A stretch of DNA of 45,841 nt. It comes from Fonticula alba ATCC 38817 (Eukaryota; Protista; Nucleariida). The stretch is from NCBI GenBank assembly GCA_000388065.2, contig KB932203.1, one strand, 5' to 3'. Positions 10,860 through 21,239 of this stretch are shown in pieces (position 1 is the first letter of the stretch; each line of letters starts with the position of its first letter). The notes under the pieces are model-generated. The model was not told the DNA's origin, made no database searches, and saw only the letters and a program-made list of their open reading frames with translations. Made by a program: the position numbers and the translations under genes.

Positions 10860-13627
10860 GCCGGCGCGCGCGCGCCCGCGCCTCGGCCCGCCTCCCCGGT
10901 GCCCGGCCCCCCTGGCCCCACTGGCCCCCGCCACCTGGTGCGCCTGGCTCTGCAGCATGTGCCCTCCCCCGCCGGCCGGCTGGCGGCCCGGCCATGTGCC
11001 GGCCTCTGCTCGTCGCATTCCATGCGCCTCATCTCCCGCCGCTGGATGGAAAATCTTTCCCTGCGATTCTTGAGCCCCTGGTCTCCCTTGTCACCGGGTG
11101 GTCCAGCAGTGCCATGCAATACAAGCGGATGTCCGATTCCTGCCCCGTTGCTTGTCTTTCCTCCGCCTCTCCCCCCGGGGCGACTGTCCAGCTCGTGGTC
11201 GACGGCCCATGCTGACGGGATCCGATGCCTGGGCAGGGGGGCTTGGAGTGGATGGTTGTGTGACCACTTGCCGGTCGTCTGGCGAAGAGCATGCCGGCCG
11301 CCTCTTCCCCCTGTTGCCTGTCACGCCAGTAGCCTCCAGACTTAGGTGTTTTGTTTTCTCTCTTCACACTAGTTGGTCACATTGCGCCATCCACGCCGCA
11401 AGACACCGATCGGGGGTGGTGCTGTTTCCCACCGGATCCGAGGAGCAGGTACATGTCGCGACCGAGGAGGCTCCAGCGTGTTTTAAGAGGGCGCGAGAAA
11501 GCGACACGACGGAGTCCCCGGTGACTCATTTGGCGGCTGGCTCCCTCGCCGCCCGCCGAATACGGCCGTAGACACGGGCCGACCTCTCACGATGGAGGTG
11601 CTCGCCAGATCCGGCTGGCGGCCCTCCTGACAAGGTCACTGAGGTAGTCGCCGCAGGCGCGCTCGGGTCACCCGCACTTGGCCTCGCCCATCGAGCGCCC
11701 GTGCGGGCATGCCCTTCGCACGACGGCACCTGGCATTCTCTTTGACCGTGTCGCCCCCGGCACCAGATCCACCTATACGAGGCCCTCAACCGCCGTTATG
11801 CTCGGGCCTTCCTCAATAATCCGCCCTCCCGTCTCCGGGTCCGAAATGGGTCCCTCCGGGCACTGGCAGTCGGGTCCTCGACACGGCCATCGGCCTCCCA
11901 GCACGTCCCCATCCACCCGGCACCCGCGCCAATGGCCCACTGTCCGAATGCCCGCTGGCAGGCAGACTGCCACCGCCGAGCCGGGCCCGGGTCGACGCCG
12001 CACGATCATCTTCCCTGGGGGTACCGGCTGGCACGGGGCTTGGAACCAGGTGGGCTCGCCGACCTGCGGCCCGGCGCCCGAGGCCCATTCGCGCTGGGAC
12101 CGATCTCCCGGCCACCGTCAACATGCCCACGGTGAGGCCTGCCTGGCCGCCTTGCGCGGCACGGTACCCGGCGATCCACCTCTGTGTTCGGCAATGCATG
12201 CCCCCCGGGCGCCCGAAAGCCCCCTGCTGCTGGCGAGTGCGCCCTTCGTGCAGGGGCGGTGTATGGTTCACGTGGCCTTCTTTGCAGCGGGCGCCCAGCG
12301 ATGGCCGCTCCCACCGACCGCATGCCCAAGCCAGCTCGCTGCGCGGCAAACCAAAGGGACCTGGGCCATGTGCACCGGCAATGGTGACTCCGCCCCCATT
12401 GGCGCCCGCGTCCGGTGGGCACCCCTCCACTCGACCGGCAGATCCAAGGGGCATCGGCGAAATGCAAAAATCACCCGTGTTCGGGCGCCACAAGATGGTG
12501 GCCCTTGACCCGCGGGCATCGCCAGCGCATCCGCGAAAGGCGAGGGAGCCCCGAGGTGCTTGGTGCCCGGTTCCAGCGGCTCTCCGGAGCCGGCAATGAT
12601 CCCTCCCCCCGGCACGACCGCTCGGCCTCCAGTCCCTCGTGCATCCCTTCGCCCGGGTCCCCTGCTCATGGCCTGCCTGGATACAAGCCAGACGGCCATG
12701 CCTTGCAAATGCTCCAAGCAGAGCATGCATTCGAGGGCCGATGCCCGGCGGAGACCGCCCTCCGCGGAGCCTCGAGGCCCAGCCCGGCCCGGCAGGTGCA
12801 TACCATAGGCAGCACGGTGATGCGGGCCCGAACGGGTGCCCCTCCGACCATCGAGGTGTCAGGTGCTCTTGCCACTCTTCGGCAGCTCGGCATAACTCGA
12901 TCTCAGGATCTCATACTCAGATGTACCCAGGCGCGCACACACACTCACACACCCATTCCTGCCCGAACCTGCTTTTCCATTCCCTGCGACACCCTTGCTC
13001 GGTTGCAGGGACGACTGCTGGCGCGCCGTGTCCACGCCCGAGACCATGGGCTTCGGCACCGCAGGAGCAAGATGGCTCTCATGTCGCCGGTGGCGGCCCC
13101 CCCCCCCCTGCCTCCTCGTCGGGTACGCGCTTATCGGGGCTCCCGGACGCCGGGACTCCGGTCGAGCAACCGCCCCACAGGGCCGGCATCTCGCAGGCCA
13201 AGGTGACGCTCCCTCCGTTTTCCAGGCACCCGACTCTGGCAGCCTAGAGCACCCCTGCCGAGCGATGGCCCTCCTGTGATCGGCCTCGCTCCCCCGGCCA
13301 TTCGACGGTGTTCTTGGTCCATGGGTCATCACACCGTCGTCTGTTTTGTTTGTGAGAGCATGGTTCGGCTGCTCCTGGCTCGGCCACGTCCAGGCTCGCA
13401 GGGGCACCACCCCCCTCGGACCAAGCCCGGTTCTCCGGCTGGCTCCCCCCGACCAGTAAAAGGATCTTGGCAGCCTGTCCATGCCCTTGGCATTCGTGGG
13501 TCTGTGGCACGGAGCCCACCATGTTGCCTCCTTACCGGGCCCTCCTCCCCTGTGGGTTCCTTTGTTGATATTAAAAGTATCTTCCAACGGGCTGGCCGGG
13601 AATCGGTCGCCAGGCTTCCAAAAACAA

Positions 13628-13699
13628 TGGGGACTAGAGGGATCGAACCACTGACCGCTCGATCTGGAGTCGAGTGCTCTACCACTGAGCTAAGCCCCC
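13628..13699 (-). tRNA. tRNA-Trp(CCA)
   Basis: Acceptor GGGGGCT/AGTCCCC, anticodon arm CTCGA-CTCCAGA-TCGAG, GGTTCGATCC T-arm, downstream TTGTTTTT terminator. Confidence 0.96.
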
Positions 13700-13731
13700 G
13701 AGGTTGTGGTGGTTAAAAGGAAAGGGACTCA

Positions 13732-13874
13732 ATAAAACTCTCGGGTTGCCCCACCCGGAGGGTGGCACCGACGGTTGCCTGCCCGGGAATGGTGGGCGTG
13801 TCCCGCCGCCCCCTCCTCGGGAAGTAGCAGCTGTGTGTGGATGAGGCGTTCTTTTCCTGCACACAGAGTTTTAT
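13732..13874. ncRNA. Candidate structured RNA or MITE-like element closed by a perfect 10-bp inverted repeat (ATAAAACTCT/AGAGTTTTAT)
   Basis: AT-rich terminal stem, internal hairpins CCACCC-GGA-GGGTGG and CTGTGTG...CACACAG. No family recognised. Confidence 0.3.
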
Positions 13875-13943
13875 CAGGCACATCAGCCGCTGGGAAGGGA
13901 GGCTCACTTCAAATATTTCTCGTGCACAAGAGTATATGGGCAG

Positions 13944-14267
13944 AAAAAAAGGAGGACGAGGCGGGAGACACACGACCATCCGTCAGGCAAGAGGAAGCAC
14001 GGCGAAGCATAATCCCCTTCCGCCAGCCTGGGAGGGTGCAAGCGGGGATTCCCACCGCCGCCGGGTGGCCGGCCCGGCTGCCGCGCCCCGAGAGAGGGGG
14101 CGACAGCGCCTCTCGCAGCGCGCCGTCGGCATCTGCCCCGGGTCGGATCACGCGCCGACGTGTGACCCCCGTTCTGGTACTACACCGGCTTCTGGTGGGC
14201 GTCCGTCTGGTGCCACCTCTCGGCCGGGTGTGGCCCACGCCCGTTCCACATATGCCATTGTCGGATG
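13944..14267 (-). ncRNA. Candidate ~300-nt structured Pol III RNA divergent from tRNA-Gln
   Basis: End pairing CATCCG/CGGATG, perfect 5-7 bp stems (GGGCGT/ACGCCC, CGTCGGC/GCCGACG, CGCCCC/GGGGCG, CCACC/GGTGG, AATCCCC/GGGGATT), T7 at the minus-strand 3' end. Confidence 0.25.
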
Positions 14268-14283
14268 CCCTGGGACGTAGAGC

Positions 14284-14355
14284 GGTTGAGTGGTGTAATG
14301 GTTATCACGGCAGACTCTGAATCTGTCAATCCGAGTTCGATTCTCGGCTCGACCT
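14284..14355 (+). tRNA. tRNA-Gln(CTG)
   Basis: Acceptor GGTTGAG/CTCGACC, anticodon loop CTCTGAA, GAGTTCGATTCTC T-arm. Confidence 0.96.
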
Positions 14356-14433
14356 TCATTTTGTGCCTTCTGATGCTGGATCGAAGGTCCTTCTCTTTAA
14401 ATAATCCTCCTTCGGCCCGTTCTTCTACCCTGC

Positions 14434-14505
14434 GTGGATATCGTATAGTGGTTAGTATAAGTGGTTGTGGCCCACTCGGCCCCAGTTCGATTCTGGGTAT
14501 CCACA
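14434..14505 (+). tRNA. tRNA-His(GTG); G-1 not encoded, A discriminator
   Basis: Acceptor GTGGATA/TATCCAC, anticodon arm AGTGG-TTGTGGC-CCACT, followed by TTATTTTT. Confidence 0.96.
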
Positions 14506-14625
14506 CATTATTTTTGGCCTATGTCCGCAGGCCGTCCTTTTTTTCTTCCGTCTTGTCCTCCTCCGGCGCACCGACCACCGCCGGCAAACGACCACCACCG
14601 GCAAACGACCACCCATGCACGTGTG

Positions 14626-14627
<2 letters not shown>

Positions 14628-14656
<29 letters not shown>

Positions 14657-14658
14657 AT

Positions 14659-14693
<35 letters not shown>
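14628..14693 (+). repeat. G homopolymer (29 G, AT, 35 G)
   Basis: Read directly. Length is unreliable in a draft assembly. Confidence 0.85.
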
Positions 14694-14894
14694 CGAAAAA
14701 ATCGCGACAAGTAACCATGCAGAGGGGGGGAGTGTATTTGCTCTCCTTTCCTCCAGGCAGGGAGCAGGAGAGAGAGAGAGAGAGAGGGAGGGAGAGAGAC
14801 ACTCCGCCGGGGGACAGGTGCAGCATCTGCACACACGGGGCGGAAGGGCACACGCACAGACGCCGAAGGGCGGGAGGGGGGAGGGGGGGGGGAC

Positions 14895-17800
14895 TTACTC
14901 CTGGTCAGCCAGGCGGAACTCGCTGATCATCTCCACCAAATACATCATGGAGATGGAGTCCGAGCGAGCACGCTCAGAGGCTTCGACCACCGCATGATGG
15001 ACCTTGGAGCGCTGGTCGCTCGGCACACCACCCAGGTAGCCCTATCGTGCCGGTGTAGCAACCGGACGGGCATGCGCCCGCATGTTCCACAGATGGGCGT
15101 GTGCGTGTTTGTATCCGAGTCCACACACATTGTTCCCGATGTCACACACACAGACACAGGCAAAGAGACATTCCTCCTGTCAGACAAAGCCCCAACCATG
15201 CACAAAGACAGCCAAAACACCCCCTCCCCCCGCGCCAAGGGCCCCCGCCCCCCAAACATCGCACGCACCTCGAACAGACGCTCAAAGCGAGAGCGATCCT
15301 CCAGCAGAGCACGCGACACGCGCGGCACGCAGAACGCCTCGCGGAAGGCCTCCCGCAGCTTCATGGTCCGAAGGAAGTCCCCATCATTGCTGGTGCACAG
15401 GAGCATGACCTTGTGGCCATTCGGCGGAACGGCCCGCATGGCCGACCGCAGCCGCACCAGCACCGGGTTCGAGTACACCGGCGCGCAGCCCTCCGGCCGG
15501 GAGTACTCCAGCAGGAGCTCCAGCTTGGAGATGATGACAATCGACACCGGCGACCGGTATGCATCCAGCAGGGTGTTCGTGATGGCAGCCAGCTTCTCGC
15601 TGGTGTTCTGCAACGTCGGCGACGTCGGATCGATGATGCGCACAAACTTCACCGCCGACTGCAGGGCATGGTGCACGGCGGTGGTCGTGCAGCCGACACC
15701 CTCCGCATCGCCATGCAGCAGCAGCGGCACCGTCGCACCGCCCGGGGTGCCCAGCAGCCGGCGAATGCGCTGGGCAAAGTGCTCCCCAAAGAAGGTCCCA
15801 TCGCCCAGAGGCAAATCCACAAAGCCCGGCGTGCGATACAGCTGCAGGCGATCATCCCGGCCGAAGGTCGAGGCAATGCCCGCCAGCCCCCGGAGGAGAT
15901 CCGCCTGGGTGATGGCGAAGCCATCCAGGCTGGCCGGGTCGAAGACCGCCGCCCCGCCCTCCTCCGAGGCCGGGGTGAACAGACGCTCCGAGGCATTGGT
16001 GAAGCCCCGCCGGACCAAGCTCGCCAGCTCCGCACCGCTGAAGTTCTCCGTCAGCGCCGCCAGCCGGGCGATGTCCACATCCGGCGCCAGGCCCCCGGAC
16101 TCCACATACGGCCGGAGGTGGATGCGCAGGATTTCCATCCGGCCAGCCTCATCCGGCAGCGGGATTTCCACCTGGATGTCAAAGCGCCCGGGGCGCAGCA
16201 TGGCCGTGTCCAGCAGGTCAATGCGGTTCGTCATGGCAATGATCAGGATGTTGTTCAGCTGCCCGACACCGTCCAGCATGGTCAGCAGCTGATTGACGAT
16301 GTTGGCCCCGACGCCGGTCGAGTCGGACGACCCGCTGGACCGGGACTTGGCCAGCGCGTCGAACTCATCGAAGATGACCACATGCAGACGCGCATCCTCG
16401 CCATACGTCTTCTGGTCCTCGATCGCCGGCTCGAACAGCTGCCGGACATTCTTCTCCGATTCACCGACATACTTGGACAGCAAATCCGGGCCTGGTGTCA
16501 GCCCGGCAAAGGATTACATGCGCGGTGCGCGGTGCGCGGTGCATGGTGCATGGTGCATGGTGCATGGTGCATGGTGCATGGTGTACGGTGTACAGTGTAC
16601 GGCGCACATGGTGCAAGATACACGGCGCACGACGCACAGGCACAGCACACAGCACAGAATACACAGCACACAGCACAGAATACACAGCACACAGCACAGA
16701 ATACACAGCACACAGCACAGAATACACAGCACACAGCACAGAATACACAGCACATAACACAAAGCACACAGCACACAATACAAAGCACACAACACACAAC
16801 ACACAACACACAGCATACAGCACACAGCACACGGCACACACCACGGCCACCAAGAGACAGCATCAGTGAGTCCCCCGGACCCCAGGGAATGAGGATAATC
16901 TCTTCAGTTAATAGCCAGCTTACCGCCACATGTGCAAACTCACCCCTCAACATCGGCGGGCACGTCCCGGGCACTGCCCAGCCACCCGCATGCGCACGCA
17001 CCATTCACAATCTTCACATCGTGCGCCTTGATGTACTGGGAGATGACACGCGCGATCAGCGTCTTACCGGTACCCGGCGGCCCGTGCAGGATGATGCCTC
17101 GCGAGTGCTGGATGCCGAACTTCTTGATGACCGACGTCGGCAGCATGCGCGTCGTCAACGCATGCCGGCGGATGGTATCCAGAATGTCATCCAGACCACC
17201 GATGCCCAGGTTGTAGCCGGTCATGCTGACCTTGCTGTCGAAGGCCTCGCGCTGGGGCGCATTTGTCAGGATGATCTTCGGGTTGTCCGAGATAAACACC
17301 AGCCGGGTGGCGGTCGCCATGCCGGCCCGCGGCGTGGCCACCAGAACACCGGACACGCCATCCTGATCGCCCTTCACATTGACCGCGTCGATGTTCAGCT
17401 TCAGCAGGTTCCCCTGGAAATGGAACACCTTCATCTGCAGGGTGACAGCAGCCACCAGGCCGGGAGCCAGGCGCCAGCGGGAGATGCCACGGAAGCCGGG
17501 TCAGTCCAAAGCCATCCAAAGCCACCACGCGGCCGGGCACGAAAAAGGAGACGCACCTCCTGCGACGTGTGGGCCACCTCGGCGAAATGGTTACGGTAGG
17601 CCTCCTCCAGCTCGCGGTGGTCGAACATGCGGTCGCGCTCGGCCGCGCGCTTGTTGGACTGCTGCGCCACGATGTCCAGCTGCGGTGCATGCCCGGGCGC
17701 AGGGGAGAGTGTAAGAGGCGAGGAGGGGAGGAGAAAGCACCAAAGAATGACAGGGCCCGCCTCGGCCCCCGGCCCGGAAGCCAAAGAGCACCGGCCAAGG

Positions 17801-18302
17801 CCCCGAGGCACGGACGTACGCGGAAGGTGATCGACACCATGGCCGGCGGCTCGGTGACAAACTCCAGCGTCACCGGGTCCCGCTGGTCCGCCGGAAAGAA
17901 GCTCCGGTGCGAATTACCGGCACCGATCTGGCCGCTGGACAGGGTGGACGAGGTGTCCCTGCGGGGAGGAGGTTATGGAAGCGGGGCATACGGCGCACAA
18001 GGAGTCAGCCCATGCGGCGGGGAGAGGGGCGGCCCGCACAAAGGCCGACACCCCGAGGGGCGGAAAGGGAGCGGGCCAGGGGGAACACCGGGCCGGGCCG
18101 GATCGTACGACAGTGAAAAGAAGATCGGCTTGTCGCTGACGGTGTTGGTCTTCAGCATGAGGTGGCGCGACGGGAAGGTCGGCATGTCGACCGGCGACGC
18201 GAGCAGGCACCCGGGCAGGGCCTGCTCGATGGTCATCAACTTCTCCATGGTGAAGTTCCGCCGCTGGGGCCCGTGGGCCAGGACAACATACTGCTTCAGC
18301 AT
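14895..18302 (-). CDS. NSF: Divergent NSF/Sec18 vesicle-fusing AAA+ ATPase; exons 18302-18109, 17958-17820, 17679-17557, 17434-17002, 16491-15269, 15041-14895
   Basis: N domain, D1 GIGGLD...GPPGTGKT...KYVGESE...FDEFDA...TNRIDLLDTAMLRPGRF, and an alignable D2. All five introns are GT-AG and preserve frame. Start assumed at gccATG next to a gap. Confidence 0.92.
16521..16840 (+). repeat. Intronic compound repeat: 7-mers (GCGCGGT, GCATGGT)n then a 21-mer (CACAGCACACAGCACAGAATA) about 5 copies with a degenerate tail
   Basis: Lies within NSF intron 16492-17001. Confidence 0.9.
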
Positions 18303-19174
18303 GGCGGGNNNNNNNNNNNNNNNNNNNNNNNNNNNNNNNNNNNNNNNNNNNNNNNNNNNNNNNNNNNNNNNNNNNNNNNNNNNNNNNNNNNNNNNNNNNN
18401 NNNNNNNNNNNNNNNNNNNNNNNNNNNNNNNNNNNNNNNNNNNNNNNNNNNNNNNNNNNNNNNNNNNNNNNNNNNNNNNNNNNNNNNNNNNNNNNNNNNN
18501 NNNNNNNNNNNNNNNNNNNNNNNNNNNNNNNNNNNNNNNNNNNNNNNNNNNNNNNNNNNNNNNNNNNNNNNNNNNNNNNNNNNNNNNNNNNNNNNNNNNN
18601 NNNNNNNNNNNNNNNNNNNNNNNNNNNNNNNNNNNNGGAGGGAGGAGGGAGGAGGGAGGAGGGAGGAGGGGAGGGCGAAGGCAGGGCGAAGAGGGGAGAT
18701 GCCCGGGCTGAGGTCGGCGCGAGGCTCACCGCAGGGTCTTTTCTCGTCCCCCGGCCAGGGCGCCTCAGTCGAGAGGGGGCGGCGCGCCGATGCCCGGGGG
18801 GGGACCGGGACACTCTTCACTTAGACACACTCCGCCGGGCCCGCCCCCGCCCCAGTCAACACTGGCGCGTCCGCCCCCCGCCCTTCTCTCTCTCTCTCTC
18901 GCTCGGCTGGGCGGGCTTCTTCGGGCCCCGCACCCTTGGGAAGGGGCAGGTGCCAACGTTGCGGATCCGGCGCCGACAGACTCCCGCCCACGGCCCAAGG
19001 CCCCCCCTCTGCCCCGCGCTGGACGGGCTCTCCTCGCGCGCCCGACAAGAAGGCCAAGGTGCCGGGGGCAGGTTGTTTTCTTTTCGCCCCGGTCTTTGGC
19101 CGGGTCTCTCCGGCGCTGCCCTCCTGCCGGACACCGGTCGGGCAGACTGTGCAACGGGCCAAAAAGGAAAGTTC

Positions 19175-19248
19175 TGTCCGAACCAGGACTCGAACCTGGG
19201 ACATTCTGTGTGTTAGACAGATATGATAACCATCTACATCATTCGGAC
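19175..19248 (-). tRNA. tRNA-Val(AAC)
   Basis: Acceptor GTCCGAA/TTCGGAC, anticodon arm TCTGT-CTAACAC-ACAGA, GGTTCGAGTCC, downstream TTTTT. Confidence 0.96.
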
Positions 19249-19391
19249 ACAAGGAGGACCGGCCTCCCGGCACCTAAGTACTACCAGCATCTGCTTTACC
19301 AGTACCCCCCCGCACTCACCCCGCCCAGACGCCCGAGCGAGAAAAAGCAGGTGACCTAAAATGCATTCCCCCTCGTGCCTGTCCATGAGCA

Positions 19392-19470
19392 GGTTGGATG
19401 GCCGAGTGGTTAAGGCGCCAGTTTAAGGCACTGGTGGGAAACCGCGTGGGTTCGAGTCCCACTCCAATCA
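19392..19470 (+). tRNA. tRNA-Leu(AAG), type II variable arm
   Basis: Acceptor GGTTGGA/TCCAATC, anticodon arm CCAGT-TTAAGGC-ACTGG, GGTTCGAGTCC. Confidence 0.96.
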
Positions 19471-19547
19471 CACTTTTGCCCCTTGTCACGCGCCTGGCCA
19501 CCAGCCGCCAGCTTCTTATGGCCACATGCCTCCCCATAGGATACGAC

Positions 19548-19620
19548 TCCCATATAGTCTAGGTGGTTAGGATACGTGGCTCTCACCCACGAGACCCGGG
19601 TTCGAGTCCCGGTATGGGAA
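19548..19620 (+). tRNA. tRNA-Glu(CTC)
   Basis: Acceptor TCCCATA/TATGGGA, anticodon arm CGTGG-CTCTCAC-CCACG, followed by TTTCTTTTT. Confidence 0.96.
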
Positions 19621-19667
19621 TTTCTTTTTGCCCCGGGGCCGCCTGCGCCCGCTCCTCGGCCCCGGCG

Positions 19668-20888
19668 GAAAAGGACAAGGTCCCAGGACTTGCCCACCCA
19701 CGCCCGCCTGGGTGTGTGGCAGTTGTTCCCCCCACCGCGCCCCTCTCGGCTCGCTCATTGTGCGGATTGGGGGGGGGGGGGGGGCCTGGCNNNNNNNNNN
19801 NNNNNNNNNNNNNNNNNNNNNNNNNNNNNNNNNNNNNNNNNNNNNNNNNNNNNNNNNNNNNNNNNNNNNNNNNNNNNNNNNNNNNNNNNNNNNNNNNNNN
19901 NNNNNNNNNNNNNNNNNNNNNNNNNNNNNNNNNNNNNNNNNNNNNNNNNNNNNNNNNNNNNNNNNNNNNNNNNNNNNNNNNNNNNNNNNNNNNNNNNNNN
20001 NNNNNNNNNNNNNNNNNNNNNNNNNNNNNNNNNNNNNNNNNNNNNNNNNNNNNNNNNNNNNNNNNNNNNNNNNNNNNNNNNNNNNNNNNNNNNNNNNNNN
20101 NNNNNNNNNNNNNNNNNNNNNNNNNNNNNNNNNNNNNNNNNNNNNNNNNNNNNNNNNNNNNNNNNNNNNNNNNNNNNNNNNNNNNNNNNNNNNNNNNNNN
20201 NNNNNNNNNNNNNNNNNNNNNNNNNNNNNNNNNNNNNNNNNNNNNNNNNNNNNNNNNNNNNNNNNNNNNNNNNNNNNNNNNNNNNNNNNNNNNNNNNNNN
20301 NNNNNNNNNNNNNNNNNNNNNNNNNNNNNNNNNNNNNNNNNNNNNNNNNNNNNNNNNNNNNNNNNNNNNNNNNNNNNNNNNNNNNNNNNNNNNNNNNNNN
20401 NNNNNNNNNNNNNNNNNNNNNNNNNNNNNNNNNNNNNNNNNNNNNNNNNNNNNNNNNNNNNNNNNNNNNNNNNNNNNNNNNNNNNNNNNNNNNNNNNNNN
20501 NNNNNNNNNNNNNNNNNNNNNNNNNNNNNNNNNNNNNNNNNNNNNNNNNNNNNNNNNNNNNNNNNNNNNNNNNNNNNNNNNNNNNNNNNNNNNNNNNNNN
20601 NNNNNNNNNNNNNNNNNNNNNNNNNNNNNNNNNNNNNNNNNNNNNNNNNNNNNNGAAAAGGACAAGGTCCCAGGACTTGCCCACCCACCCCGCCTGGGTG
20701 TGTGGCAGTTGTTCCCCCCACCGCGCCCCTCTCGGCTCGCTCATTGTGCGGATTGGGGGGGGGGGGGGGGGCCTGGCGCCCCCCCCCCCCCCCCCCCCCC
20801 CCCGCCGGGGGGTGGGGGGTTTTTTCCCCCCCCCCCCCCCCCCCCGGCCCCTCATTGTGCGGATTGGGGGGGGGGGGGGGGGCCTGGC
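19668..20888 (+). repeat. ~122-bp G-run-containing repeat on both sides of the gap 19791-20654, plus a partial third copy at about 20850-20888
   Basis: GAAAAGGACAAGGTCCCAGG...CTCATTGTGCGGATT(G)nCCTGGC. The copies differ slightly (CACGCCCGCC vs CACCCCGCC). Confidence 0.8.
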
Positions 20889-21239
20889 TGATGCCCCCCC
20901 CCCCCCTCCCGGCCGGAACGGTGGCTTGATCGCAGCCGCCAGCGCACCGGACCCGGCCGCCCCGCAGGCCCGGGGTTCCCCACAGCTCGGCGGCCGGCGC
21001 GGAGAGCCCGCCGGAGGGGGAGGGAGAAACCACACTCAAGCGCGATCGTCATGTGGGCATCCTTTTTTTTTTGTTTTTGCGCTCGGGTTTGTCGGCGGGA
21101 TCTGCTGCTCCGTTATCTTGCTCGTGTTGCACACTTCGCTGTCCCCCAATTTCCTTTTCCCGTGCTCCCTGTTGCCTTCCTTTCTGTCTTTTGTTCCGCG
21201 CGCCCCGCCGGGACACGCCCTCACCACCACACCGCCACC

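Noticed and set aside
9144-11018. 624-aa minus-strand ORF
   Set aside because: Antisense shadow of the GC3-rich subtilase CDS.
13895-13910. GGAGGCTCACT resembling the RNase MRP CR-V motif, and GGGAAGTAGCAGC (13819) resembling SRP helix 8
   Set aside because: No complementary CR-I/P4 strand upstream, and no AGG partner or tetraloop stem, so neither family call holds.
14890-14900. GTAAGT donor overlapping the NSF stop codon
   Set aside because: Splicing here leads into GA-repeat and poly-G sequence, so the TAA is kept as the end. Not fully excluded without cDNA.
16461-17004. Cys/Val-rich ORFs resembling metallothionein or membrane proteins
   Set aside because: Translations of the 7-mer and 21-mer repeats inside an NSF intron.
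15101-17599. 832-aa plus-strand ORF
   Set aside because: Antisense to NSF and runs through an intronic repeat.
13628-19620. Suppressor or recoding tRNAs and an alternative genetic code
   Set aside because: All six anticodons are standard and the genes translate cleanly with the standard code.
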